This document shows, piece after piece, positions 27,345 through 36,780 of a stretch of DNA of 61,328 bases. This stretch comes from a virus. Taxonomy: Duplodnaviria; Caudoviricetes. The first letter of the stretch is position 1, and each line of letters starts with the position of its first letter. The position numbers and the translations under genes were made by a program. The stretch is taken from the IMG/VR virus record IMGVR_UViG_3300045972_000344, positions 1-61,328 of that record. The stretch is one strand, 5' to 3'. The notes under the pieces are model-generated. The model made no database searches, was not told the DNA's origin, and saw only the letters and a program-made list of their open reading frames with translations.

Positions 27345-28202
27345 GTGAGCGCACTCTCGTTGCTTGAACTGGCCCAGCAGATGCTCAGTGGTTCCGTGGT
27401 CGCCAAGGCGGACGCGGCTCCCGCTCCTGGCGCCGAAGACCCCGACTCCATCCCGGGCAAGGATCAGCGCGCCGAGGGTGGCGCCCCCACCGAGGAGGCT
27501 CTGAACGCGGCCCGCACCGAGGCCCAGGCCGGGCAGCAGGCCCAGGGTGGCCCCGAAGGTGGCCCCGAAGGTGGCCCCGAAGGCGGCGCTCCTGGCGCTC
27601 CCGGCGAAGGCGGCGAGGGCGGAGAAGGAGGCGATGGCGGTTCAGGTGGCCCCGAGCCCGATGGGGACGAGGGCGGCGAGCCTGCCCCCCAGGTCACCAA
27701 GGCCGAGATCCTGGATTCCATCAAGTTCCTGGCCGACTTCCACGGATTGACGGGCGGCGAGGTCGCCAAGGCTTTCGCTGGCATGGAAGGCAACCCGAAC
27801 TGGGACGATGCCCCCGTGGGCGATGGGGTCGAAATGCTCCAGAAAATCGTGGAAGGCCAGCAGAACCAGAACAAGATTCTGGACGCCATCGCGGCGTTCC
27901 TGGCCGACCTGTCCAAGAACACCGTCAACCTCAAGACCGAGATCACGAAGTCCCTGGATGCCGCTGAGGCCGCCAAGGTCACGGCCAAGGAAGCCCTCGA
28001 CAGCATCTCGACCGCCATGCGCTCTGCTCCTGCCGCTCTCCCGAAGGCTGAGGTCATCGTGGCGAAGGCCCTGGGTCAGCAGGGCGGCGAGCGCACCCTC
28101 ACCTCCCAGGATCTGTTCAAGATCGCCCTGGAAGGCAAGATGAGCCCCACCGAGATCGCCTCGGCGAACCGCTCCCTCAACTACCAAACCACCGGGCGCT
28201 AA
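27345..28202 (+). CDS. capsid scaffold-like protein
   Basis: acidic Gly/Pro region, coiled coil, many xxK[AS] sites; between protease and capsid genes. Confidence 0.7.
   Translation: MSALSLLELAQQMLSGSVVAKADAAPAPGAEDPDSIPGKDQRAEGGAPTEEALNAARTEAQAGQQAQGGPEGGPEGGPEGGAPGAPGEGGEGGEGGDGGSGGPEPDGDEGGEPAPQVTKAEILDSIKFLADFHGLTGGEVAKAFAGMEGNPNWDDAPVGDGVEMLQKIVEGQQNQNKILDAIAAFLADLSKNTVNLKTEITKSLDAAEAAKVTAKEALDSISTAMRSAPAALPKAEVIVAKALGQQGGERTLTSQDLFKIALEGKMSPTEIASANRSLNYQTTGR
27546..27581 (+). repeat. tandem repeat (GGTGGCCCCGAA)x3 encoding GGPE
   Basis: three exact 12-mers. Confidence 0.9.
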
Positions 28203-28256
28203 CGCCCTCGTTCAAACCCCGTCCCGGCCCAGCCGGGCACATGAGGAGAAAGCGCC

Positions 28257-29744
28257 ATGAATGTTGGCCCCCTCGACATCCTCTCCGCCCTGGGTGACTC
28301 CGGGGCCTCCCCCGCTCTGGCCGAAATCACCAAGGCTTTGACCAGCATGGGTGCGGGCACGGACCTCGCCGCACTCACTGGCGGTGGTTCGTTCCGCGTG
28401 GAAAACATGGACCCCGTTCTCGCTTCCGCCACGGTGAAGCAGGAGCACTTCAAGTTCTTCAAGCGGCTGCTGCCCAACCGCCGCGAGTCCTGGTCGATCC
28501 TTGATCAGGCGGTCGTGAAGACCGGCATCGGCGCCTTCGCTGGCTCCGCGAACTCCAACGAACTCGGCAGCGGCCAGATCGAGCGGCAGGGTGACTACAC
28601 CCGCCTCATCACGGAACTCGGGACTTACTTCTCCCGGCGCTCCGCCTCGATCATCACCAGCATCCAGGCCACCCTGCAGAACAAGCAGGGCATCGTGGAT
28701 TTCAGCGCGATTGACGAGGAAGATGTCAACGCCGCCCTGGAAATCCTCTACTCCCTGGAGGCCGACCTGTTCCTGGGCGACAAGACCCAGAACCCCTTCG
28801 CCACCACCGGCCTGATCCCCTCGATCATCGCCAAGGCCCCCGCGAATGTGGTGGACATGAACGGCGAGCCCCTCGCCAGCCATGACCCCATCAGCCTCCT
28901 GGCGAACCGCATCACGGACGAAGGAAACTGGGGCAAGCCCAGCGTGGCCTTCATGTCCGGTCTCGTGAAGGCGGACCTGGATGCCTACCTGGAAGCCGGA
29001 TACCGCGTCAACCTCGACAGCGGCATCCCCTCCACCCAGATCGGCGTCCTCACTCGCGGCATGCATTACAGCAGCGTGGCCGCCGCCGATGGCGTGATCG
29101 ACTTCGATCCCAGCGCCTTCCTCAACGAGACCAAGATGCCCGTGGAGGCCACGAACTCGGCCTACTGCACCGCGGGCGCCCCGGTCTCCGTCACGAACAC
29201 CGTGCAGGGCTCTGCGAACCCCTCGGCCTTCTGGCTGGACAAGGCCGCTGGCACCTACCAGTGGACCGTGGGCGGCGCCTACACCTACCGGGTGGAAGCC
29301 TGCACCCCGGGTGAAGTTTCCCTGACCACGCTGTCCAACAGCGCCACCATGATCGCGGGCCGCGCCTTCGATCTGGTGATCACCGCCTCGGCCAGCAACA
29401 AGGAAACCCACTACAAGATCTACCGCAGCCGCAAGGCTGGCACGACCAACGCGAACGACTACCGTCTGGTGGCCATCGTGAAGAAGGCTGGCGCGACCAC
29501 GAACTGGACGGATCTGAATGCCTACATGCCGGGCACCAGCTACTGCGCCATCGTCTCCCCCGATCCCGCCAGCCTGCGCTGGGTCCAGATGCTCCCGATG
29601 ACCAAGATCCCCTTCGCGCTGAATGACCTCAGCTACAAGTGGGGTGCGTTCTTGGTCGGCGCCCTCCGGGTCGCCCTCCCCAAGCATCACGGGGTCATCA
29701 AGAACATCATCCCGAAGGGCGCGACCTGGAAGGCTTACACCTAA
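28257..29744 (+). CDS. major capsid protein with inserted Ig/FnIII-like domain
   Basis: KAL...GTDLAALTGGGSFRVE N-arm, LFLGD, YTYRVEA...YKIYRS insert, QMLPMTKIP; strong codon bias; terminator follows. Confidence 0.88.
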   Translation: MNVGPLDILSALGDSGASPALAEITKALTSMGAGTDLAALTGGGSFRVENMDPVLASATVKQEHFKFFKRLLPNRRESWSILDQAVVKTGIGAFAGSANSNELGSGQIERQGDYTRLITELGTYFSRRSASIITSIQATLQNKQGIVDFSAIDEEDVNAALEILYSLEADLFLGDKTQNPFATTGLIPSIIAKAPANVVDMNGEPLASHDPISLLANRITDEGNWGKPSVAFMSGLVKADLDAYLEAGYRVNLDSGIPSTQIGVLTRGMHYSSVAAADGVIDFDPSAFLNETKMPVEATNSAYCTAGAPVSVTNTVQGSANPSAFWLDKAAGTYQWTVGGAYTYRVEACTPGEVSLTTLSNSATMIAGRAFDLVITASASNKETHYKIYRSRKAGTTNANDYRLVAIVKKAGATTNWTDLNAYMPGTSYCAIVSPDPASLRWVQMLPMTKIPFALNDLSYKWGAFLVGALRVALPKHHGVIKNIIPKGATWKAYT

Positions 29745-29765
29745 ACCGAGACCCCCTCGGGATAC

Positions 29766-29793
29766 GAAAGGGCCCCCTTCGGGGGGCCTTTTT
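29766..29793 (+). terminator. rho-independent terminator
   Basis: GGCCCCC-TTCG-GGGGGCC then TTTTT. Confidence 0.85.
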
Positions 29794-29836
29794 CGTGCCC
29801 GCGAGTGTAGGATAGGGGAGACCCCAAGGAGGCCAC

Positions 29837-30244
29837 ATGGCTCGCGTCCTTTGCATCGGCAAACCCTACACCCCGCCCGTGCTCAACGGCTACACCTTCG
29901 CTCCGGTCGGAATCGACCCGGAAGTCACGCTGCCCGGCCCCGACACCTTCTGGGCTGCCGAGGTGGACGAGGAAGGCTACCGCCACTTCTGCGTCAACGA
30001 GGAAGGCTCCCCCTTCTTCCTGGACACCGATCCCCGCGCGGCGAGCCTGCAGCCCGGCTTCGGCCAGGGCGCTGGCAACGAGGCCGACCCGTTCCTCCCC
30101 TACGCCCAGTGCAAAAACAAGGCGGAACTCGTGGCGCTGGCGAAGGCCAACCTGGGCCTCGACTTGGACGAGACGGTCAAGCGCGCCGATCTGGACGCGG
30201 CCGTGCTGGCGGCGCTCGCCCTGCAGCCCCCCGTCACCACCTAA
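29837..30244 (+). CDS. head-associated protein with C-terminal helix-extension-helix-like motif
   Basis: AAGGAGG RBS; KAELVALAK...KRADL. Confidence 0.55.
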   Translation: MARVLCIGKPYTPPVLNGYTFAPVGIDPEVTLPGPDTFWAAEVDEEGYRHFCVNEEGSPFFLDTDPRAASLQPGFGQGAGNEADPFLPYAQCKNKAELVALAKANLGLDLDETVKRADLDAAVLAALALQPPVTT

Positions 30245-30259
30245 CCAGCCGGAGGGCTC

Positions 30260-31072
30260 ATGGCCTACAAGGTCGATGCCGCCTATGTCCGCGATACGGT
30301 CCTCGCGCCCCTGATCGGGCGCGGGGCCCGTTACGAGAACGCCGTCACGCTCACGACCATCGAGGAGTTCGTGGCCGAGGCGAAGCTGGCGACCGAGCAG
30401 CGCCTGTCAACCCGGTTCACCCCGACTGAATTCTCAGGGTGGGACGGGAAGGGCTCGCGGCCGAGCCCTACCGCCGCCGACCCCACCGCCGTGCCTGCTG
30501 TGCTCCCGGCCGAGGTCGAGCCCGCTTATATGTGGCCCGCCATCTCCCCCGGCCTGGGGTTCCTGAACTTCAGGCTGCGCATGCGCCCCATCCTCGAATT
30601 CTACGGCGGCACCCTCCGCCTGCCCGGCGCCCCGGCTCCTGGCGTGGACCTCCTCCCCGACTGGTTCCGGGTCGAGTCCTACACTTCCGAACTGACCCTC
30701 ATGCCGAACTTCGGCGGGGCCGCGCTCGTGATGCCCAACCTCCCCTTCGGCCTGTTCAATTGGATGAAGCAGCGGATCCCAGACGGGGTGCTGTTCAAAT
30801 ACCGGGCCGGGATGGACGACCAGGAGTGGAATCGCTTTCCCCAGGTGAACCGCCTTGTGGCCCTGCGCGCGGCCATCGCCTGCCTGCCCACTCTGGCCCT
30901 GCGCATCAATCCGACCCAGGTCACCAGCAAGTCCGCCGATGGGCTCTCGCTCTCCCGGGCCTCTGGGTATGTCTTCAAGGACTTCGAGGAGCGGCTGGAC
31001 AAGGAAGCCGAGGCCGTCCAGACGCAGATCCTTGACGCTTGGGAGGGCTCGTCTGCGCTCTCCATCCTTTGA
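30260..31072 (+). CDS. head-tail adaptor (neck) protein
   Basis: position; FKYRAG...SKSADGLSLSR pattern. Confidence 0.65.
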   Translation: MAYKVDAAYVRDTVLAPLIGRGARYENAVTLTTIEEFVAEAKLATEQRLSTRFTPTEFSGWDGKGSRPSPTAADPTAVPAVLPAEVEPAYMWPAISPGLGFLNFRLRMRPILEFYGGTLRLPGAPAPGVDLLPDWFRVESYTSELTLMPNFGGAALVMPNLPFGLFNWMKQRIPDGVLFKYRAGMDDQEWNRFPQVNRLVALRAAIACLPTLALRINPTQVTSKSADGLSLSRASGYVFKDFEERLDKEAEAVQTQILDAWEGSSALSIL

Positions 31073-31080
31073 GGTGAGCC

Positions 31081-32631
31081 ATGGCCCGAAATTCTGACGA
31101 CCTCGGTGTGCAAGCGGGCTACCTGCTCTCCGCCCTCGATGAAACCGGGAACCCGCCCACGGCTTTTGAATTCGGCGGCCTGTCCCCCGACCTCACTCTC
31201 CGCCTCCCCCCCCAGTCCCTGCAGATCCAGCGGTCCATTCGGGCCGAGGTTCTGAAGGATCTGGGCCGGGGCGTCTCCATCGTCACGGGCGGCGAGGGCC
31301 TGGGAAAGATCCAGATCCAGGGCACCCATGGCGTGGGCGCCTTCGTGGACGCCAACACCCAGTCCCCGGGGAAGGATGCCCGGGACGCGCTCCAGGCATT
31401 CTTCGCGGCCTTCGTGGGCTCCAACGATGAGCGGGGCCGGACGGGCAAGGAGGGCCTCCGCATGGTCTTCCGCATGGTGGGGGGTGGATTCTCCAACCCC
31501 TCGAACGAGGCTTACCTCGTCTGGCCCGAGGCGTTCCCCACGGACATTCGTTCCGTCTCCCGGCCCCATGCCTGGGACTGGTCCTGCGCGCTCACAATCC
31601 TGGCCCCCTACCGCTTGCCCACCACCGTGGACCCCTCCAAGCTGAAGAGTCCGGCCGAACTGGCAAAGGCTGTGAGTGCCCTCGACAAGCTGCTGGCCTC
31701 CGCCGCCTCGCTCTGGAAGGGCGCCCTGTCCGTGCTGCAGAACATCCGGGATCTCCGGTCGAAACTGGCCCTCATCAAGAACCGGATCACCGACTTCGTG
31801 GCCGGGGTGAAGGACGCGATCTATCAGGTCACCGACCTTGTCCGGGGCTCCGCCCAGCTTTGCACGAGCATCCTGCATGCCCTCTCGGTCACCGATTTCC
31901 TGGACACGGCCAAGACCGCGATCCGGGGGGCGGCCTACGAGGTCCGGCGGTTCCTGGGGCAGTGCGCCATCACCGCCAACCAGTTCAACCGCTCCGGCGC
32001 CATCCAGGCCAGCCTCACCAGCAGCCGCACCGCCTCCCCGGCCCGGCCGGTGGTGCTGGCCCTGTCCCCTGGGGATTCCCTGCAGGCCATTGCCGCCCGG
32101 AACCTGGGCGCGGCGTCCCGGTGGACCGAACTCGTCACCGTGAATGGGCTGGTCTTCCCCTTCGTGGACTTCTCCGGGCCCAACGGGGCGCCTGGGAGCG
32201 CCTACGCGGGCCTCCGGGTGCTCGGGGCCACTGACACCCTCAAGCTGCCCCTCCCGGTCGTCCCTGGGGTCGTGGGCGTCTCGGACGACCCAATTGGAAC
32301 GGACACCCCAGATGCCCCTGGCTTCATCGGGGATCTGCAGGGGGGCACGGACAACATGGTCGCCTCCCTCATGCGCCGCCTGTCCACCCCGCGCGGCCGG
32401 ATCCCCTGGCACCCCTCCTACGGCTCCGGGCTCAAGGCGCGCATCGGCTCCCCCTCGACCAGCGACCTCATCCTCGCGGCTATGGCGGACGCCCAGGACA
32501 CCCTCACTTCCGACCCCCGCGTCCTTGCCGTGAACCGGATCGAGGTCGCGTTCCTGAACGGGTTGGTGGATATCAATGCCGAGGTCGTCACCCCTCTGGG
32601 GGCGCTCTCCCTCGCCGGGGCGGTATCCTGA
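31081..32631 (+). CDS. baseplate protein: tube-initiator-like + LysM + gp25-like
   Basis: PGDSLQAIAARNLGAASRWTEL..NGL (LysM); RRLSTPRG...HPSYGS...DPRV (gp25). Confidence 0.75.
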   Translation: MARNSDDLGVQAGYLLSALDETGNPPTAFEFGGLSPDLTLRLPPQSLQIQRSIRAEVLKDLGRGVSIVTGGEGLGKIQIQGTHGVGAFVDANTQSPGKDARDALQAFFAAFVGSNDERGRTGKEGLRMVFRMVGGGFSNPSNEAYLVWPEAFPTDIRSVSRPHAWDWSCALTILAPYRLPTTVDPSKLKSPAELAKAVSALDKLLASAASLWKGALSVLQNIRDLRSKLALIKNRITDFVAGVKDAIYQVTDLVRGSAQLCTSILHALSVTDFLDTAKTAIRGAAYEVRRFLGQCAITANQFNRSGAIQASLTSSRTASPARPVVLALSPGDSLQAIAARNLGAASRWTELVTVNGLVFPFVDFSGPNGAPGSAYAGLRVLGATDTLKLPLPVVPGVVGVSDDPIGTDTPDAPGFIGDLQGGTDNMVASLMRRLSTPRGRIPWHPSYGSGLKARIGSPSTSDLILAAMADAQDTLTSDPRVLAVNRIEVAFLNGLVDINAEVVTPLGALSLAGAVS

Positions 32632-32646
32632 TTCTGGAGGTGTTCC

Positions 32647-33888
32647 GTGTCGTTTACTCCCCGCTCGCAGCAGGATGTCGTTGACTCCCTGCTTGCCTTC
32701 GCCGCCTCCGATCCCGCCGTCTCGGCTGGTGTTCTCCCGTCCGACCTGAATGTCGGCTCCCTGGAGCGCGCCCACCTGGAGTCCATGGCCCTGCTCATGG
32801 AAGAGGGCGAGCAGCGGATGGCGATGGCGGTGGTCTCGGCCATCTCGGAGTCCTGCTTCCGGGCCTTCGGCTTCGACTTCCTGCCCCCCCAGAAGGCGTC
32901 CGGCGGCGTGGTCTTCACCGCCTTCGTGGCGCCCGTGGCCGATGTGACGATCCCCTCCGGCGCCCAGCTTATGGGCCCCTCCGGGACCGTCTTCCAAACC
33001 ACCGCCGTGGGCACGATCCTGGCGGGCCAGCTTACCTCCGCGAATGTCCCGATCCAGAGCACCGTGGCCGGGGTGGTGGGGAATGTCGCCCAGAATTCCA
33101 TCACCCGCCTCGTGGCGCCCCTCGCTGGCGTGGACATGGTCACGAATTCATCCCGGACCATGGGCGGGGCGGACACCGAAACGGCGGACGCTCGGGCCGT
33201 CCGGTTCGCGGCGTTCCTGCGCACCCTGGTTCGCGGGACCAAGGAGGCCCTCGAATTCGCCGCCCTGTCAGCCTCCGGTGGGGTCTGGGACGCGCGCACG
33301 GTCGAGCCCTTCATGATCGATCCCAGGCCGGATGGGGTGCCCTACTCGGGCCTCGTGTGGCTGTTCGTGGACGATGGCTCGGACGCCACCCTGCTCGATG
33401 TGGGGGTCTCCTCGGAGGTCACGAAGCTGGTTGAGGGGTATGTGGACCTGACCGGGCTCCCCGTCCCTGGCTACAAGGGCGCGGGCACTCGGGTGGAACT
33501 GAAGAAGGTTCCCCGCACGAGGGTGCTGGTCCGTGGCAAGGTCGCGCTCCGTCCCGGCGGCGGGGCCCGGTGGGGTGAAATCCAGACCGCCCTTTCCTCG
33601 GCTGCCGCGTCCTACTTCGACCGCCTGCGCATCGGGGAAAAGGCCAGCTACCAGACCCTCGTCACCTTCCTGACCTCGGCCGACCCGGACATCGCCGAGT
33701 GCGACCTCGTGTTCTGGAAATACACCGACACCCCCATCGCCTACGATGCCTCGCTCTCGGCTGCGGACCTGACCTTCTACCTCCCCGCGAACCCCCTCTC
33801 CGTGGGCGCCCGTGGCGTCCTCTACTCCGGTGTGGCCCTGGGTCCGACAGGCTCCCCCGTGACCTACCCGGAGTGGATCCTTGCCTGA
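32647..33888 (+). CDS. baseplate J-like wedge protein
   Basis: DLNVGS, ASGGVVF, GVVGNV, GGADTET...R, RGTKEAL. Confidence 0.88.
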   Translation: MSFTPRSQQDVVDSLLAFAASDPAVSAGVLPSDLNVGSLERAHLESMALLMEEGEQRMAMAVVSAISESCFRAFGFDFLPPQKASGGVVFTAFVAPVADVTIPSGAQLMGPSGTVFQTTAVGTILAGQLTSANVPIQSTVAGVVGNVAQNSITRLVAPLAGVDMVTNSSRTMGGADTETADARAVRFAAFLRTLVRGTKEALEFAALSASGGVWDARTVEPFMIDPRPDGVPYSGLVWLFVDDGSDATLLDVGVSSEVTKLVEGYVDLTGLPVPGYKGAGTRVELKKVPRTRVLVRGKVALRPGGGARWGEIQTALSSAAASYFDRLRIGEKASYQTLVTFLTSADPDIAECDLVFWKYTDTPIAYDASLSAADLTFYLPANPLSVGARGVLYSGVALGPTGSPVTYPEWILA

Positions 33889-36064
33889 AGAATCGCTCCC
33901 CCAGCTTGGCCTCACGGCCGATCCCCTGTCTTCATCCGTGGAGGTGGTCGATGACGCGGCACCCGAGATCACCATCATCCGGCCGTTCCTCAAGGTCGAT
34001 ATTTGCGCGTCCATCGTCCCTGACTCAAAAATGGATAAGGGGCGCTGGTTCCGCTATTCGGCGGGGGTCTCCGCCACTCCCGGAGAGGATAACGCTGCTG
34101 TCCTGGACTACATCCGAGAGGACGGTCAGCGCGTCAATCTGGCAGGAAAAGCCTCGCTGATCTCCTGCAGCGCGGGCGACAGCCTGGGCGGCCAGTCCTG
34201 CGCCATGCGGTTCCCGCTCTCGGGGCTCATGGTGTTCCTGCTCCCCCGGCTCCGCCCCATGGACCGCGTCCGCGTCACGGTCACGGTTCCCGGGCACACC
34301 GACTGGCTCGTGTTCGATGGGCTGATCCGTTCCATCCGGTCGTCCCGCCGCGCAGGTTCCGGCTGGTCCTCGGAGGTCTCCATCACGGCCGGGGGCATCG
34401 ACACCCTGCTCTCCGGCGCCATCTTCAATTGGCAGGGCTTCGTCCATCCCGCCTCGGACATTCTGCAGGGCGCCGAAGGCACGACTCTCGTGGAGGCCCT
34501 GGGCAAGTCCGCCAAGGCCCCGCACCTTCTCCTCCAGGCGTTCCTGGAGTCCGCTCTGAATTCGGCCATGGGCCTGCAGATCGGCGACCCCGATGAGGAT
34601 GGGCTGGATGTCCTCGATTACGCCCTGTTCCCCCAGAACGATCCGAAGTCCTGGGGCTCCTGGAAGGATGTCGCCTATCCGCTCCCGTGGTCGCTCATCC
34701 AGGGGCAGTCCGGCCAGTCCTTTTGGGCCATCGCCCAGGCGATCTCCGAGCCCACCTTGCACGAGTTCTTCTCTGGCTACCGGAAGGCGGACACCGAATC
34801 CGGGGACGAGAATGCCCCGCTCCGGCCTGCCCTCATCCACCGCCCCCGGCCCTTCCCTGGCCGTGCCGAGTGGGATTCCTACTGGCTGGACCTGCCCGTG
34901 GTGAAGGTGGGCGGCGAGTTCTCCTCCGCCCTCATGGGCTCAGATGATGCCCTGTCCCTGGAGCGCCGCGCGAACACCTTCCACTGGGGCGGCATGGGGC
35001 TGGGCGACCACTCGACCGAAGCCTTCAACGCCAAGCTGTTCTGGGGCTGGGCCTCGTCATTTGAACTGGTGAACCGCTACGGCTACGCCTCCCACTCGGT
35101 CGTCTCGAAGCTGTCCCCCATCGCGCCCGGGGCCCCGATCCAGGATTACCTCCAGTTCGCCAAGGACCACCTTCTCCACTTCGCCTTCCAGGAGGCGCCC
35201 CTCACCATGCTCCAGACCCGCTCCGTAGAGGCCGTGTTCCTGCCCGTGCGCCCCGGCGAGGTGCTGGAGGACCACTCCCTCGGTTCCGACTCCACGAAGG
35301 TCATCACGGGCTATGTGGTCTCCACCGACTTCTCCCTGCGCGCCTCCGGGGATTCGGTCGCCATGTCCATGGGCGCCACCGTGGACCGCTGCATCGCGGG
35401 CACGGACGCGAAGGGGTATCCCGACAAGATCCGGGCCCTGCTGTCCGACCTGAAACTCCACGCCTACGCGGGGCAGGATGCTGGGCCTCCGGGCCCTCAC
35501 CCGGCCGTGACCTCGACCTATGTCCCCCCGCAGCCCTCCATCGAACCTCCGCCTGGGATCCCCGAGCAGGTCCGGGTCGCCATCTTCAAGGCCCGGGACA
35601 CCTTCCAGATCCCCGGCTGGCTCATCGGCCATGTCCTGCTGAACGAGACCTCGATGGGGCGGAACCTCGGCGGCGGCGCCACGGCCGCAAACGGCATCGC
35701 CCAGATCACCGATGTGGCCCTTGCCGACCTCGTGGCAATCGGGCACCTGAACCCGGATGGCACCCCCTTCGGTGCTGCTGACCGCCGGGATGTCTCGAAG
35801 TGCATCCATGCCTGCGGGCGCTACTTGAAGCGATGCCAGCAGCTTCTCGAGGCCATGCCCGGGGGCTTCCCGCCGACCGGCGCAGACTACTACTCGTGGG
35901 TCTGCCGCGCCTATCGCTATGGCGCTGGTTCCGCGCGCACCTTCGGGGCCGCGAACGCCTGGAGGTTCCCGGATGCAGGCGAGGTTGGCTTCCCCGACTA
36001 TGCGAGATACTGGAGTCCGGACGGCGTGGGCAAGGGCCAGAAGGTCTGGGGGTGGCTGGGATGA
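33881..36064 (+). CDS. baseplate hub with C-terminal lytic-transglycosylase-like domain
   Basis: hub-like N-terminus (VFDGLI, LHEFF); LLNETS...GIAQI...AYRYG. Confidence 0.7.
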   Translation: MPEESLPQLGLTADPLSSSVEVVDDAAPEITIIRPFLKVDICASIVPDSKMDKGRWFRYSAGVSATPGEDNAAVLDYIREDGQRVNLAGKASLISCSAGDSLGGQSCAMRFPLSGLMVFLLPRLRPMDRVRVTVTVPGHTDWLVFDGLIRSIRSSRRAGSGWSSEVSITAGGIDTLLSGAIFNWQGFVHPASDILQGAEGTTLVEALGKSAKAPHLLLQAFLESALNSAMGLQIGDPDEDGLDVLDYALFPQNDPKSWGSWKDVAYPLPWSLIQGQSGQSFWAIAQAISEPTLHEFFSGYRKADTESGDENAPLRPALIHRPRPFPGRAEWDSYWLDLPVVKVGGEFSSALMGSDDALSLERRANTFHWGGMGLGDHSTEAFNAKLFWGWASSFELVNRYGYASHSVVSKLSPIAPGAPIQDYLQFAKDHLLHFAFQEAPLTMLQTRSVEAVFLPVRPGEVLEDHSLGSDSTKVITGYVVSTDFSLRASGDSVAMSMGATVDRCIAGTDAKGYPDKIRALLSDLKLHAYAGQDAGPPGPHPAVTSTYVPPQPSIEPPPGIPEQVRVAIFKARDTFQIPGWLIGHVLLNETSMGRNLGGGATAANGIAQITDVALADLVAIGHLNPDGTPFGAADRRDVSKCIHACGRYLKRCQQLLEAMPGGFPPTGADYYSWVCRAYRYGAGSARTFGAANAWRFPDAGEVGFPDYARYWSPDGVGKGQKVWGWLG

Positions 36065-36780
36065 TCTACGCGGCGATTGTTCGGGAGGTCATGGTCGATC
36101 CCCCCGGGGTCCGCGTCCAGTTCAAGGATCTGGTTCGCTCCGGCTTCGCCCAGTATGACTTCGCCCGGGTGCTGGTCCCGAAGATGGCCCCCCTTGGCGG
36201 GGCCGCCTCGTGGCTGCCCGAGGTCGGGGAGTTCGGGGTCGTGGGGGAACTGGAGGGCGGCTTCTATGTCTGGCTCGGAGCACTCCCCTTCCTGGACAAG
36301 AACCAGAGCGACCCCACTCCGGGGATCGCCTACCTCCGGCACCAGTCCGGCGTGGTCCTCCAGGTGCGTGAAAACGGCGACTTCGAGGTCGCCCACCCCA
36401 GTGGCCTGCGCCTGACCGTCTCGCGCGATGGCGAGGCCCTACCGGCTCTCCAGGCGTCCTCCGCGCCCCCGGATGGGGACACGGTCGTCCCCATCCTCTC
36501 TCTCGTCCATCCCTCCGGCGCCGAGGTCATCGTGGACGCGGACGGGAATGGGGTCATCCATGGCTTCGCCTCCCTCGCCTTCCAGGACGGCACGAAGCGG
36601 TTCTCCATGGAGGGCCTGTTCAGCTATGTGAAGGACACCCTCGTGCCCTGGCTGAAAACCCACAAGCACACGGCCACGGGCGCGACCTCGATCACCACCG
36701 TCCCGACCTCGCTGCCCTCCGATCCAGTGGATTCGTCCTGTCTGTCCCCGGCCACCTTCCAGGGCCCACAGGGGGCGTGA
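36061..36780 (+). CDS. baseplate spike (gpV-like)
   Basis: WLPEVGE, repeated H(P/Q)SG beta segments, THKH tip motif. Confidence 0.75.
   Translation: MIYAAIVREVMVDPPGVRVQFKDLVRSGFAQYDFARVLVPKMAPLGGAASWLPEVGEFGVVGELEGGFYVWLGALPFLDKNQSDPTPGIAYLRHQSGVVLQVRENGDFEVAHPSGLRLTVSRDGEALPALQASSAPPDGDTVVPILSLVHPSGAEVIVDADGNGVIHGFASLAFQDGTKRFSMEGLFSYVKDTLVPWLKTHKHTATGATSITTVPTSLPSDPVDSSCLSPATFQGPQGA

Noticed and set aside
27546-27581. GGPE tandem repeat as a phase-variation element
   Set aside because: In-frame 12-mer in a low-complexity linker; copy change would not switch expression
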